A stretch of DNA of 64,000 bases, from the NCBI RefSeq assembly GCF_009914755.1, contig NC_060933.1, one strand, 5' to 3'. Source of the stretch: the human T2T-CHM13v2.0 reference genome, Homo sapiens. The position numbers were made by a program, and so were the translations under genes. Below, piece after piece: positions 1 through 18,811 of this stretch (position 1 is the first letter of the stretch; each line of letters starts with the position of its first letter). Under the pieces are notes generated by a model. That model did not search any database. It was not told where the DNA came from and saw only the letters and a program-made list of their open reading frames with translations.

Positions 1-1186
1 GAGTCTAAAAAAAAAATCCTGTAAAACTATAAAGCTACTTCCTAAAACTAATTTAAACAAGGATGACGGTGGCTATTAAAAAATTCTTAAATTTCATTCA
101 GTTCAGAATGGTTAAAAACAGAACACACAAGCAAGGTGTGTCAACTGCTCTGGTAAAAAGCAGCAGCAGGTTGCTGTCAGTGCTCATGTGCCAGGGTCCC
201 CCAGCCCAGATGCACATAGGCCCAGGGCCGTTGTCTCGCACCTACAGTTGCAACATAGTGTCTCCCTGCCCCACAGGTCAAATCCCGAGGTGTGGTCAGC
301 CCACAGAAGAATTTTGGAGGGCCCAGCACTTTCCAGGGCCTGTCACTTGGACATTAAAACCTGCGATCATCCAAGAGAAACAGAGGTTGGCCCCCCAAGT
401 ATCCCTGTTACAGTCCAGGAAGGTGAAGTCACTGGAAACTTTTGGTGAGAACTTTGTGTTCCTTTAGCGGTGAGGATTTGGGAGAGATCAATGAGGTACT
501 TTAGGGTTAGGGACTTTTAAAACTAAATCTGGATGGTAAATCTAGATAGAATAGGAGCCCTTAGTAAGGCCGGTGGACCATAACGACAGACATTCAACAC
601 CTGTGGGATGAGTCAACCTCTTCTCAATCCTCAGTATTTTGAAATGGATGGTGTTGATTTGTACCACCGTGTGTATTATGTGGGCCTGTGGCTGTCTGGC
701 CCAGTGTTGCAGGGTTTTTGCTGGAGTTGTATCGTTCAGGTTAACTGTCACAGCAATAAAAAAAATATGAGAGTGGTTCATGCAGATGATAGTTGTGTGA
801 TCCAAGCAAAAACCACCACTTGGTAGTTCCTATAGCTCCCTTACCCAGTGAGTTTGGTGAAATGGGGTTAATTGAAGCCTCAGGCCCAGCTGTCTCTTAT
901 AACGGGATTTTCTACCAGAAGATTCAGTTGAGCCATAATGTGCACTTTGAAGACTATTTGTGAAGGTTGCTGAAGTAAAGGAATGCAAGTGTTTTACTAG
1001 TGGTGAAATCGATTCTGTTCCAAAGTGTTTTTTATGCTATTACAATAGCAACATTATGAGGAGGACAGTAACTCAGATATTTAGTTAGAGTACAGCTGAA
1101 GATTTACTTGTGTATGGAGAAGACAAGGATTGCATAGATCGTCTCCTTGGACAAAGGTAAAGGCAGAGTATACAAAAACAAAACCT

Positions 1187-1498
<312 letters not shown>

Positions 1499-2289
1499 CC
1501 TCCAGATGGTCTCTGTTTGTCCTTGGGTGCACTGATCAGCTGCAAAGAGGCAGTTTGTCTCTCAAAGGGCTGACAGAGTTATGAGGAAAGGCAGTTCTTA
1601 GTTGTATGCAGGTTTTCTGAGAATTCTGGCTACTTTAGCTATTGAGTGTTGGTCGTGCATCCCTGTCTGCGTCATGACGGCCTGTATCTTTCCATGGGTA
1701 CCTGCACTATTTCTCTCATTGGAATTTGTTACATGTTTAGACTTTAGGAAATTAATAATGTGTGAATTCTGCAATGATGCTTTGGGGCCTGAGTTGAAAC
1801 ACGAATGTGCAAATATATGTCATAGCTGTTGATGCTTAGCTTGCAGAACAGGGGATGAAACCAGCATACTGCCATATCTCTAAGGCCATGGGTCATCTGG
1901 CTGCATGTTGGATAAAGCACAACACACAGTGAGATCTTAGAAAGCCCATTTCCTAGGATAGAGAATTGTGATAACAATTGTAAAAACATCTCATCTTCTC
2001 AGAGATATAAAAGTGAAGATTTTATTGTCATACCTTTTGGGAGTATGTCACAAAAGATGAAACGTTCTTGTTGTCTGGAAACAGCCAAAGAATCTAAGTC
2101 CACATATAAATGCATAATTTATTATTTCAGATGCGCATAAGGAAATAGTACCCATAATCCCAATTACAATTATATTGTCCACTTCATCAGAACCTGAGTG
2201 AGACTTAAGGGCAAAGAATGAGCTGATCGCGCTCTTTCTCTCTGATCAAGATCATGCTTTCCCTTTCTCCTCCCACACCTGCACACCCA

Positions 2290-2452
2290 GGAAAGGCATG
2301 CAGCAAGAAGCTCAAAATCTACAAGCCAGGAAGAGAGCCCTCACCAGAAACGGAAACAGCTGGCACTTTGATCTTGGACTTCCCAGGCCTCCAGAACGGT
2401 GAGAAATAAGTGTCTGTTGTTTAAGCCTATAGTCAGCCCAAGCTGACTAAGA
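2290..2452 (+). mobile_element. MaLR LTR 3' fragment (MST/MLT1A-like)
   Basis: AAGCCAGGAAGAGAGCCCTCACCAGA...TTGATCTTGGACTTCCCAG..CCTCCAGAAC.GTGAGAAATAA motif typical of MaLR LTRs. Confidence 0.7.
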
Positions 2453-2454
2453 AA

Positions 2455-2913
2455 CATGGCCGCCCAGAATTAAGGCTTTATTTTTCAGCATCTTCTGCAG
2501 TGAACTGCATCTTCTGTGGCCACATGAATAAGTTCAGGCTAATAAGTTACAAGCAGAATTAAAGTATGGTAGCTTCTAGAAACCTTTCTTAGAGGACAGC
2601 TGGTATATGGCCTTTGCATCCCTTCCTCCTTGTCACTCTTTCTATCCTACTGCTTGGAATGTGCTGTGGAGCTGGAGCTCTTGCTGCCTTCTTAGACTGT
2701 GAGGTAATACGGACCACACTGTAGGGATGATTAAGAAGTAAGCTAGAAGGAGTTTGAGACCCTGAGGACTTGAAGGAATAGAGCTCCTACCACAGTCCCA
2801 GATTGCCTATGCTTCAGTCTCTACACAGGACAGAGAAATAAACTGCCATCTGGTTTAAACAGTGCTTCTGTGAGACTCTATTATTTGCAGTTAAGCCTAA
2901 TCCTTGCTGATAC
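2455..2913 (+). mobile_element. Old MLT1-type LTR remnant
   Basis: GAGAAATAAAC...GTTTAA...TTATTTGCAG...CCTAATCC...CTGATACA terminus. Confidence 0.5.
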
Positions 2914-3813
2914 ACACCTTTTCCCTTATGTTAACTTGACTTCATGGGGCATAGTCCATAGGTCTCTAGGTCATTTCCTCTTAGTGGTGAGAGGCCAAAT
3001 CTTGGTCCCTCTGATCACAAATACAACATGTTGAGAATGCTGTCTTCCTACCTGCAGCAAGGAATAGGGACATGTCTAGTCATCCCAGGGACTTAAGTTT
3101 TCCAGGCACTTCAATTCATTCCTGAAATAGTAGCCATGAGCTCCATGGGGGCAATGTGACTTCACTTTTACTCTGTAGGGAGCATCGCATATACAAAACA
3201 TATAAAACACCTATCCTTTGCTTAAAGATGTCAATTCTTTCCTGAAAAACCTTGCTGCTCAGGGGAAAATAAATCATTAGATGGAAAAATATTTCCATTT
3301 ATTTTAATGGGAAACCTATGATGCATTTCATTCTGACCAATGATATCCTCAATATTCACACATAGAAAAATCTATTGACTGAACAATGAAAGCAAGTTTA
3401 TGTAAGAAACAATAATTAGAAAGTTATTAGGTAGAAGTACATAGGTAGAAGGCATTTATATGTGAAAGATACTATAGTGGAGCATATTTTACTCTCAAGG
3501 GAGGAAGAAAGATGTGAGTGGGCTGGTAGAGAAGAGATCGGAGAGGTCATTCTTTGGCAGGTGCAGTCTTCTTTCTGTACTATTTTCTTCAACAATTTTT
3601 CAAAATTTTGAGGCTTCATAATCATCTTGCACTCAAAGGGCACCACAAATAAAATCATAGCACAAAAAATACTTTTAGGGCAAAATAAAAACTAAGTACG
3701 TGAGTGCTTCAAATAATGTAAAAAATAGTGCACGTGCACAGCCCACTGACATATCACAGAAGATGCTACCTATCTCTTCATCCCCCTTGCATGCCAATAT
3801 GTTTGGGATTCTT

Positions 3814-5632
<1,819 letters not shown>

Positions 5633-7719
5633 TATGTTTTGGATTCTTGCAAATTCCTATTTGTTTCATATGGTATTCTCTGACTGGGACTTGCTGTGTC
5701 AAGTAATAAGTTGGTGAGTGTGTCTTTGCCTGAAATCAGAAAGTCAGAATATTCTTGTAGCATATGTCATTGGATAAAAACATTGTTGTACTGGGGGGAG
5801 AAAAAGGAGTCCTTGTCTGGGACGTAGTAGAAGCTTTCAAAGCCATAATGACAAGAAGTTGTCACTGAGCTGTTATTATGTGGATAAGTATGTAATTGGG
5901 ATGATGGGGGTCAGAAAGAGTCAACACCTCAAATTCTCTTTTCAGGGTCTTACCCTGAGACAGTCAGTTAAGTCCTTACGAGGTAGGTGTGGCGAAAGTC
6001 AGGGAGGCTGCAGACAAACCTCTGCCACACATAGGCTTTTTGCCAAGGGCCCCAGGGCCTCAAATCTTTCCTGTTTTCTTTCAGCCAGACTTGAGGGACA
6101 TGGGGTGTGGGTAGGGAAGAGTTTTAGTACTTCTACGAAGCTGCTGTAGGAATTACCAAAATGCTGTTTACTCAGTGACTTAAAGAACAGGACTGAGATA
6201 TACCTCTGCCAGCCAGAGTCCATCTGAGAGTTTGTTTTGTGAAAGGAGGACCTGAGCTGTGTTGGGCAGTGAAAGCCCTTCTGGGAGAAGAATGGGATAA
6301 CTGACCTTCACCTGCTTGCTCTGTCTCTGTTCTAAAATACGAGGAGAGCAAGCTCTATTCTCACTTGTCTCTGGGCCCTACCAGATCCTAGCAAAGTGCT
6401 GCCAGAGAAAAGGGCGTGGGCTTTGGAGTTAGAGTTGGATTCAAATCCCTGCGTTTCCTTCTCTGAACACTTTTAAACCTTTCTTATCTGCACCCCCACC
6501 CCCCAAAGAAAGTCCTCGTCTGCCCTCGAATTCCCCTTGAACTGCATTGCATAGTGTCTTCTCTTCTTAGCTAACTTCACTATATGCAAGTGTTCAATCT
6601 GCTGTCTTATCAGAGAGACTTTTTTTTTTTTTTTTTTTTTTTTTGTATACTGGACTTAGAGCTCCTTGAGTGCCCTTGGCATGTTCTGATTCCTCCAGCA
6701 GTTCAATTACACTAGGAGACATGTTTCTCTGGTTCTGTTTGCTCTTGTGTCTGGCTGCTGGGTTCCCAGCTGCTAGAGGTCTTTAGGGAGCGGCTATCCT
6801 GAGAGAGGGGCAGACACCATAGTCTGCCCATGGGGATAGGGGTGTGAGCCACTGGCCAGTTATCAATCCTTTAATAGGCCCCAAGTTGGAAGGGCTGGTA
6901 ACACCTGGGACATCCCCTGCTGGGGGAGAGAGAACTCAGCTCCTCCTTGAGGACAGGGAGACTCCTCCCAGACCTCTAGCTCTTTTGGCAACACTGACAT
7001 GGAAGCCACAGCCCTGCCCCCCTGTAGCCATGGCCTGTTCAAACTGACTCCCAGATACCACAGTATTCCTCCTTTTTCTTGCCTCAAGACTTTTTGAGGC
7101 TTGTTTCCAGGATCTCCTCTGGCACAGAGGTGAAAATTCCTGTTCCACTCCTGTCTGGTATGTGCCCACCCGAGCCACTGGCACTGCCCACACCTTTCAG
7201 CCTCAGCAGCTCCCTAGCTTAGGAGAACAGCAGCTGGGCTGCGGCTGGGTCGGGATGCATCATGGATGTTACAGAACAAACTGCCATTTTCCCAGATTCC
7301 TCCTTACCCCTGTCATCTAGAATCCATAATATTTTATTTTTTATATTTTAATCTTTGGTCTCTTTGGAATTCATTTTGGTGTCTGAGAAAGGGCATTCTG
7401 GAACTGAGATCCTAAACAATGAGCCTAGTTCTGAAAGTGTTGAGAAACCAGGATATAGGACCACCCAATGAACACTGCGGGGCTAAGCGGACAGGAACAG
7501 GAAGCAAACCGGAAGGAGCAAGAAGCTCTTCCCTCTTTTCCCAAGAGAGAGAGAAAAAAAGAATCTTTTCCCTCGTCTGGTCCTCCACGCTCCCTCTTGC
7601 GCCCTCTGTGGGTCGGTCTACAGGGAGTCACCTGCCAAAGTAGAAATGGGTTTTGAGTTTCAGCCATGTCACAAATTGAGTATAGAGGCATACTTCAGAA
7701 GCGGGGGGGACAATAGATT

Positions 7720-8025
7720 AACGATTAGCATATTAACTTTATCACAAATTAAATGGCCATATATCCTTGGGTCTAGTTCTAGACTTTATTCTGTACCAAC
7801 GATTGATCTATTTATTCTTTACCAGTACCAAACTTTTTATCACTGTAACTTTTATACATGTTGATATCTAGTGGGACTAGTTTTCCCCTCCTGATCATTT
7901 TCCAAGACAAGTTTTCTATATGAATTAATTTATATATAATTGTTTATGTGAATTGGAATTAGCTTGTTAGTGATTGAGGTTGCATTGAATTTATTAATTT
8001 AGAAGGCTTGAAAAGTTTACATTTT
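7720..8025 (-). mobile_element. Old L1 (L1M) fragment
   Basis: Degenerate antisense ORF2-region sequence (CTTTATTCTGTACC...TACCAGTACCA...). Confidence 0.5.
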
Positions 8026-8031
8026 TGAGAT

Positions 8032-8359
8032 TTCTTTTCTTGCTTTCTTTCTTTTTCTTTTGTTTTGTTTTGTTTTGTTTTGTCTTTCTGGAGACAGAGT
8101 CTTGCTCTGTTGCCCAGATGGTGATCTCAGCTCACTGCAACTTCCGCCTCCCAGGTCCAAGCAATTCTCCTGCCTCAGCCTCCCGAGTAGCTGGGATTAT
8201 GAGCACGTGCCACCACACCTGGCTAATTTTTGTAATTTTGGTAGAGACAGGGTTTCATCATCTTGTCCAGGCTGGTCTCAAACTCCTGGCCTCAAGTGAT
8301 CTGTGCACCTTAGCCTCCCGAAGTGCTGGGATTACAGGTATGAGCCACCACACCCAGCC
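8032..8359 (-). mobile_element. Alu (AluS/J-like) with small right-arm deletion
   Basis: Antisense Alu consensus, (TTTTG)n tail, TTGAGATT flanking repeat. Confidence 0.9.
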
Positions 8360-8665
8360 TTGAGATTCTTATCCAAATTTATCTTTAAATTTATTAAAAT
8401 ATTTCTTTGAGTTATTCCAATAGAGTATTATGTTCTTATTTATGTACATACCGTGGATTCTTAACTTTATTCTAGGGCATTTTCCCTCCATTTTGTTGCT
8501 AATATAGAGGAACATTTTTTTCCTTATTATATTTTCTTCTTGGTGAGGGTCTGTATGAAAAACTGGCTTTTTTCATGTATAAGTATACTATCATCTACTT
8601 AACCATTATGCTATTTTGGGACATTTAGATGATGCTGTTTTTCTCCTTGGTAAATTACATCATAG

Positions 8666-8986
<321 letters not shown>

Positions 8987-9077
8987 ATAAAATCTCTATC
9001 TCTATCTCTGATTTTTTTTTTCTTTAGGATAAATTTTTAAGAATTCCATTATGAGGTCTAAGTATAAGAGCATTTTA

Positions 9078-9690
9078 TTAGCCAGGCGTGGCGGTGTGCA
9101 CCTGTAGTCACAGCTACTCCAAAGGCTGAGGTGGGAGGATTGCTTGAGCACAGGAGGTCAAAGCTGCCGTGGGCCATTAACATACCACTGGACTCCAGCC
9201 TGGGCAACAGAGCAAGACCCTGTCTCAAAAAGAAGAAGGAAAAGAATATTTTATTTGTTTATTCATGAGACAGAGTCTCGCTCTGTCACCCAGGCTGGAA
9301 TGCAGTGACATGATCATGGCTCACTGCAGCCTCAAACTCCTGAGCTCAAGTGATCCTCCCACTTCAGGTCCTTGAATAGCTGGGACTAAAGGTGCTTGCC
9401 ATCACATCTGGCTAATTTTTTTTTTTTTTTGTAGAGACAGGGTTTCTCCATGTTGTCCAGACTGTCTCAAACTCCTGGGCTCCAGTGACCTGCCTGCCTC
9501 AGCCTCCCAAAGTGCTGGGATTACAGGCATGAACCACTGCACCTGGCCCTAAAAAAAATTTTTTTTGTAAAGAGATGGCATCTTGCTATATTGCCCAGGC
9601 TGGTCTCCAACTACTGGCTTCAAATGATCCTCCCACCTTGATCTCCTTATAAAGCATTGGGATTACAGGTGTGAGCCACCATACTTGGCC
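9078..9690. mobile_element. Alu cluster: + right-arm monomer (9078-9245), - AluJ (9250-9549), - left-arm monomer (9558-9690)
   Basis: Alu consensus matches; flanked by TATAAGAGCATTTTA at 9063-9077 and 9692-9706. Confidence 0.85.
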
Positions 9691-9959
9691 TTATAAGAGC
9701 ATTTTAAAGTCTGAAATTGTTTTTCAAAAACAGTGTCCAATTACTAGCAGGGACAAGGGCTCCTGTGTCACTGATCCATGACCAAAAATGGATATTATAT
9801 TATCCTTTTCTGTAGTAGGTTAATGGGATTCGATTTTTAACGTACCATTTTGCACCACTTGGGTTGTTAGTGATGTTGAACTTTTTCATGTTTATTTGAA
9901 TTGCTGATATTTAAATAGTCCTTCCATGATTTTTTTTGGAGTTCCTCATCACTTTCTTT

Positions 9960-10083
9960 TCGACATTTATTTTCTTTGAAAGAATTTCAAACTTAAAGAA
10001 AAGTTGCAATAATCATATTAAAAAAAACCCATATGCAGTCTATCAACTTGTTAACATTTTACTACATTTGCTTTGCTTTATCA

Positions 10084-10122
<39 letters not shown>

Positions 10123-10560
10123 CATAGTTTTCCTGAATGATTTCAAGGTAGGTTGTGTATGTCATGTGTATTCCATAAAAACACATATATTCTTTCACTG
10201 TATTCCACTACAATGATCAAACTCAGGAAATTCAGCATTGCTACAATATGATTGTCTTACCTACAGTTCACATTCAAATGTCAATGGTTGCCACAGTTAT
10301 AGCCAATACAGTTATAGCAACACTTTCCAGTATAGTATCCAGCCCAGGATCATACGTTCCGTGTTTTCATCACTTCTCTTTGATTCCTTTCATCTGGAAT
10401 AGTTCCTCAGCCATACTTTGTCTTTCATAATATTGATGTTTTTGAGGAATACAGGCCAGGTGTTTTATAAAATTGGGGTTTGTGCAATGTCTCATCATGA
10501 TTAGATTTAGAATATGCATCTTGGCTAAAATAACCACATAAGTGTCCCCATTCCTTTTTA
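9960..10560 (-). mobile_element. Old L1 (L1MC-like) 3' fragment
   Basis: TTTGAAAGAATTTCAAACTTAAAGAAAAGTTGCAA antisense L1MC 3'-end motif. Confidence 0.55.
10087..10119. repeat. (TG)n microsatellite
   Basis: Direct reading. Confidence 0.95.
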
Positions 10561-11690
10561 ATAAAAACAAGTTGGAATTTACTGCTGACAGCTTGACAAT
10601 GAGGGAGGAAACTAGAAACGGAAAACAGATAGACTCTAGTGTGGGTGTGGAGGTGAGTCCCTCCCTTGCAGACCTGGGAAGTGATCTTTACTAGGTCATG
10701 GGGTGAGTGTGTAGGGCAGGGAGGTTGAGGACCATCAGGAACAAGCCACTCAGTCTTATAGGCCTGGAATGTCACCTGTCAATGGCCACTAGTGCTCAGG
10801 GGTGGCACTGCCACAGATATTTTAAAAATGTGAGTGGAGGAGGGGAGAGAAGGTGGTTGACGCTGAACTGCATTTCAGCCTGTGGCAATCAGGAAGCAAA
10901 TACCTTCCTGTCTCTAGCTTCCCAGCCTCCCTAGACCAGCCAAATTACTGAAGGGCCAGGTGAGTGTCTCAGAGCACAGCAGCAGAAGGATGAGAGCCTT
11001 GGTCTTTGCAGCTAAGGAGAGGAAACTCCAGGCTGAGACCTTTGGAGGCTCCCTCTCTCCTGACCTCTTTCTATCTCCTCCTCACACCCTTTCTGCTCCT
11101 AACAACTCCTCTGCAGGTCACATGCCCAGAAGCCACACATCCCTTCCTTTGGGAACTCTATCCTTTCTGCCTCTCAGTGGAAAACTCCAGAGCTCAGGCT
11201 TTGCACAAAAGTTAATGGAGACTCCCCTCTGCCCAAGTCTGTCAACTCTGAAGTGGGAGGAATAGATCCTAATTCCACCAGCAAGAATCATAACTGTGCA
11301 AGTTATCTGTGAGCAAGCACATCTCTCCAAAGCAATTATTATTATTATTTAGGACAAAACACTATCTTGTCCCAGAGAAGGGGAGCTTACTCTTGGACTC
11401 TGTTTTTCAACAGGATGGCACTGAGGAGCCTCTCCTCCATCCTGTTCTGGGCTGGTATCACTAGAGCCACCACCTGAACTGAGACGGGTTCTGTCTTAGC
11501 CATCCTGACCCCCGGTGTTGCCAATTCCAAGTAGCCTCTTTTGGACCCTGAGTATGCCCCTTAGGAGATGCCACTTTTATCCTGCGCAATTACCTTACAA
11601 TAGTCATAAATGATGACTGTGACTCACTCACAATGTAACATTATAACCAATAAGCTCCGCTTAAGAAAGCAGAGAAATTGATCATTTTCA

Positions 11691-12066
<376 letters not shown>

Positions 12067-12193
12067 TCATTATTATTAGGTTTAACCTAAAAAGGCAGGA
12101 CATCTCAAAGCACGTGTATGTGTGTTGGGGGTGGTGATTAGGAGGGGCCCACAGGTCATAGGAAGAGTCGAAGATTTTCTTTTTTGTTTGTGC

Positions 12194-13527
<1,334 letters not shown>

Positions 13528-14497
13528 TGACTTGGTTAAGGAAGTGAGGCTTTGTCTGAAAATTTGTTATCATCAGAAAAGAATGTTAGCCCTGGCTCGT
13601 GGGTGTGACCTCTTCCAGGCCTCTCAGGAAGAAATCTAGAACAAAGGACAGCCATTAGAGTTCAGCCCTCAGTTCCCCCTTATCTGAGGTCTGTGTGCCA
13701 GGGGATTCCTTTGGTAAGAATCTGGGTTTCTAGAAAACAACTCAGGGACATATGTTAAGATGTTATCTCTAGTTTCTATAGGGAACCAAACGTTCTCCTG
13801 ACTCTAACTTCCTTGGCTATTGTTTTAAGCTACTATTACCTTCTAGCTTATCGAGTTGCTCATTCACTTCTTAAGGCTAGCTAGGTCCCCGGAATTTCCT
13901 TCAAAGGAACTCAAGATTTTACTTTATTTCTATGCTTTGGTGCCCGCAAGTCCCTAGGAGGAGTCTCTACTCCATCTCAGTTATACCAAGAGCAATCAGT
14001 GTTATCAACCAACCTTGAGCTCCTGTTTCATTTCTTTTCTACTTATTCCCATTCCAGTTGAATTACTTGGAATAGTATAACTTTGCACCTGTTTATTTTC
14101 TTTTGTCTAAATACTATGGCATAACCCATACACCCCTTCTCTCAACAACACAGTTTAATCTGATTAGGGACAGACAGAGAATTGATAATGATCCATGAAA
14201 TCCCTATAGGATTGTGTTCTAGATACCTTCTATGATAAACCACTTGAAATCTCTATTTCAAAATCTTGCTGCATAGTCCCTATAAAAATTCTTCCATATC
14301 TTTCCCCCTGAAAGAAATATGCGGGTTCTTATTGCTAGAAAGGGGACAAGTTATGCGACTGTGATCTTTTCTTATGACATCACTGTGGAGAAAAAGGCAG
14401 ATTTTGCCTCAAGCTAGAAGATGAGAAAAGGCCCTGTTTAGCTGGTAGGGAGGACGGTGATGACTGCTGCTGAAGACTCAAGAGTCCAAGACAACCG

Positions 14498-14763
14498 GTT
14501 TCTCTCTATCTCTCTCCTTCTCTCTCCCTCTCCCTCTCTTCCTCTTTCCTTGTCTCTTCTTCTCTTCTTCTTTCCTTGTCTCTCCCTCTCCTCCTCTTTC
14601 CTTGTCTCTCCCTCTCTCTTTCCTCATCTTTCCCTCTCTCTTTCCTCCTTTTTCTTCCCCCAAATCTCCTCCCCTTTCTCCTTCTCACCCTCTCTTCCTC
14701 TTTTTTCTCTTCCCCTCTCTCTCCTCCCCTCTTTCCCCCTTCCGTTTTCCCCCTTTCCCCTCT
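14498..14763. repeat. CT-rich polypyrimidine low-complexity tract
   Basis: ~265 bp almost entirely C/T on + strand. Confidence 0.9.
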
Positions 14764-14769
14764 AGAACC

Positions 14770-15650
14770 TGGATTTTTGCATATTAATTTTTTATGCAGC
14801 TTCGTTATTGAATTCTCCTACTGTTTTTCAAAATTGCCTTTTGATTGATTTTACTGTTTTATCCAGGTATAAAATTATGAGTGTATCAGCTAACAATAAT
14901 AATAAAATTATTCTTTACCTTTCTTCTAGTTTCACCTTTTATTTATTTATCTCTACTCTCTAATTCAATGGTTGGTATATCCAGAAAAGGGTTAAAGTGT
15001 AACAGATTTGATTTGATGCACCATTACGCATGACACATACTTTTCACTAGAGATATAAATTTAATTTTATTAAAGAACACATCCATTCCTATTTTATTAG
15101 AAGGAATTTAAAACTAAGAAATTCATGTTCAACTTTTTCAATAGTTTTGAGGATCTATTTAACCTATAAACGTAGAGAATTATACCAAGACATATCCTTA
15201 AATTATTCTAGCTTTATTTTTTAAAAATAAGTCCATTAGGCTATGGTTTAGTATTCTTTCTATGTGCTGCTGAATTCTATTTTATATGTATGCGTGCATC
15301 TACATACATACACACGTAGGTAAATAGATGAGATAGGAAAGGAAAAGGTGGTGTTTTCATTTCCTGTACTTCCTTGTTATGTTTTTAATGGTATGGCATC
15401 AATGTTATGCTGGCTTGGTTAAAGCAATTTGGAAGATATCTTTCTCACTTTATTCTCTGAAATTGTTTAAACAGTATTAAAAACCTTTTGTTCCTTGAAT
15501 GTTTATTACCACTCATCTGTGGAAACAGATGGCCTGGAACATCTTAAGGTGGTAACTGACAAGTTGTCAACTTCTCCTTAGGTAATTGGTATTTTAAGTT
15601 GTCTATCTATCTTTTTAATGGTTAACTGGGTAATCTGTTTTTTCTTAGAA
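14770..15650 (-). mobile_element. Highly diverged L1 (L1M/ME) fragments
   Basis: T-rich antisense ORF2-like sequence. Confidence 0.45.
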
Positions 15651-16791
15651 TATAAATTCCCCCCCCAAATTTTCACATTTATTTCTGGGAGTGGAACAAA
15701 ATATCCTTACAAAATGTCTACTTTTCTTGGCACCAGTGGTTTGGATCAGATTAGTGTTTGGTGGTGTCTGTGGACTGGGGACCCTGGGGATGGGGATGAA
15801 GGGTGGGCTGAGCAGATGGAGCCCAACTCCCTCCCCTGGCCCCCACATCTATTCTGCCCCCCACCTCCATTTCAGCCAAAGCAGATATACTTTATATTTG
15901 GAGTTTTAACTTAAAGATTTCGTAGGGCATTTGGTCACTAGAGTAAAAGCCTAAAGCACCCACTAACCCAGAACTGTGATTTTTAAAATAATACATTTGT
16001 CTGTATGATTAAGTATAATAATATAATAGTTTTGCCTCCCCTTGACACCCAAAAGAGAGTGGGAGTGAAAGGTGCCACTGTTCCTAGAGGAAGCAATGTA
16101 ATTTCTGACTCAACAGTTACACTATAATAATGTAATTTATAATATAAATGGATATGACTGCCATTCCTCAAGGAAGAGAAAGTGAGTGGAGGACAGCCTC
16201 ACAAGAAGGCAGGCTTGTTCAAGTATCTCTCTCTGCCAGACAGATCTCCACTGCCCTGGGGAAACAGAGTTAGCTTAGCACCATCATTATTATTCCCAAG
16301 GTATTTTCAGAAATATCACACTGGAATTAGATGATACTGTGGACACAATTTAGTACCTGTCAGTTGGGTAAACTGGGTGATTTTGGCACAGGTGGAAGTA
16401 TGCGGGCTATTTATGCTGGAGGGAAAAAGACCCAGGAACCAGGAGAACAATCTTTATATATCGGAAGAAAGAAGAGATAAGGTGTATTTCATGTAAAGGC
16501 ACGAAGCTGAATTAGGACTGGAAGATGCTATCGGAGACAGATGTTAATGGAGACACGTATATGTTAGCACAATTCAAGGAAGAATTTGCTAGTAGGGCTG
16601 AATGAAACAGCTAGAACCTGGAAGTGTTAATTCTCTATCACTGGAGGTATCCAAGCAGATGCTGGATGAGTGGGGTCAGGGATATTGGAGAGAAACTCCA
16701 TGAACTATGCAGTTAGCGGTGAAGAAAGAGACCTGTGCAGCTGCCTCTAAAAACACGACATGGCTCTGTAAATGTCTGAAGTTGGCTTGCA

Positions 16792-16810
16792 TGGCCACTA
16801 GATGTCACTC
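16792..16810 (+). promoter_or_regulatory. Candidate CTCF site
   Basis: TGGCCACTAGATGTCACTC, close to the CCASYAGRKGGCRS core (one core mismatch). Confidence 0.45.
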
Positions 16811-17270
16811 TTGTGTATCTGCAGTAGCAAGATCGTTTCTCTTCTAGGGCAAGTAGAAATCAGAACCTTAGACTAACACAATATAGTGAAATTTTATTAG
16901 CAACATATACATCCTTATCTTATGCAATTCAATGTTTTTTTAATAGAGATAAGGTCTCACTATGTTGCGCGGGCTGGTCTTGAACTCCTGAGCTCGAGTG
17001 ATCCAATTCATTCTTGACAAATATAAGAAAACTTAAATATATCACTTGAAGCAAAAATATTCCAAGAACTATTCTTAAAAACAGATTCACTTTCTAAAGT
17101 TTCCTTTTAAATAAGTCTTTTGATATTCTCAGACTTTGATATAACTTGCCATAAAACTGCTGCTTTTCATCCACAGCAATTTCTGAACCTCTTGTATGTC
17201 TTCTGTGTCTATGAATAGATAGGCAAAAGAGGTTAAGGAATCTGCCCAAACCCTTAGGTAAAAAAACATT

Positions 17271-17612
<342 letters not shown>

Positions 17613-17746
17613 TTATTGTGCTGAACTTTGGAGGCTCAGGAAATGCTACAACTTTATACCCTATTGAACATTCACAGTGGACCTTTGCATAATAAAGGCT
17701 CTGAGAAGTCTTGGAACAAAGAAACCTATGAAAATTTAGCCCCATA

Positions 17747-18101
<355 letters not shown>

Positions 18102-18811
18102 CTATATCTATCTACCATCATCTTTTTTCTAGAACATGATTTGGCATCTATCAGAATACAAGCTTTGCTGTTGTGAAATTCTGTAAGAACGTCAAATTTG
18201 AACTCATTACTCCTTGAATTTTATTTAATTTACTAGGTGGTGTTCAATGATCTGCAGTGCATCAGGAAAAAATAGCCTAAATTTTCTCATAGCTAAAAAG
18301 ATATTCAGTCATCAAAATAGATTATTCACAACTAAAAGCTCCCTAAGTGAAGAACTTACCTTTTCTTAGCCATTCAGGCAAACTGAGTGTAATAAACTGA
18401 AGCCTCAGTAAAAGTTTCCACTCCCTCCTTATTTCTCTGATTTCCCTGGTGAATCCAGTAGGGCTGGTAAGTTGCTGTGAGAACATTCTCACGTCCCTGT
18501 TCTAACTCTAGAGCTGAGACACTCTAAGGGCCATGCGTCATGCTTTCATGGCTGCTGTCTCGTGTGGTTTTACCGTATGTTCAGAATGCCTTCATCACAG
18601 TTGATTATTTATTGAGTCTGGTGTCTGTTGAAGCTGTCAGACATAGGACTAAAACTCAGGAGATATCGTCTGAAAAGTTTAATATCTCCTGCAAATGGAC
18701 TTAGAGTGAGAAACCATTATAGGTCACATGACTTGGCTTTTGAATGGCAGCTGATGTGATTGTGATTCCTTACTTCCATGTGGGTGACAATCACAGAGGA
18801 CCCTTCCACCA

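Noticed and set aside
14457-14848. S/L/P/F-rich and R/E/G/K-rich ORFs
   Set aside because: Artefacts of the CT-rich low-complexity tract.
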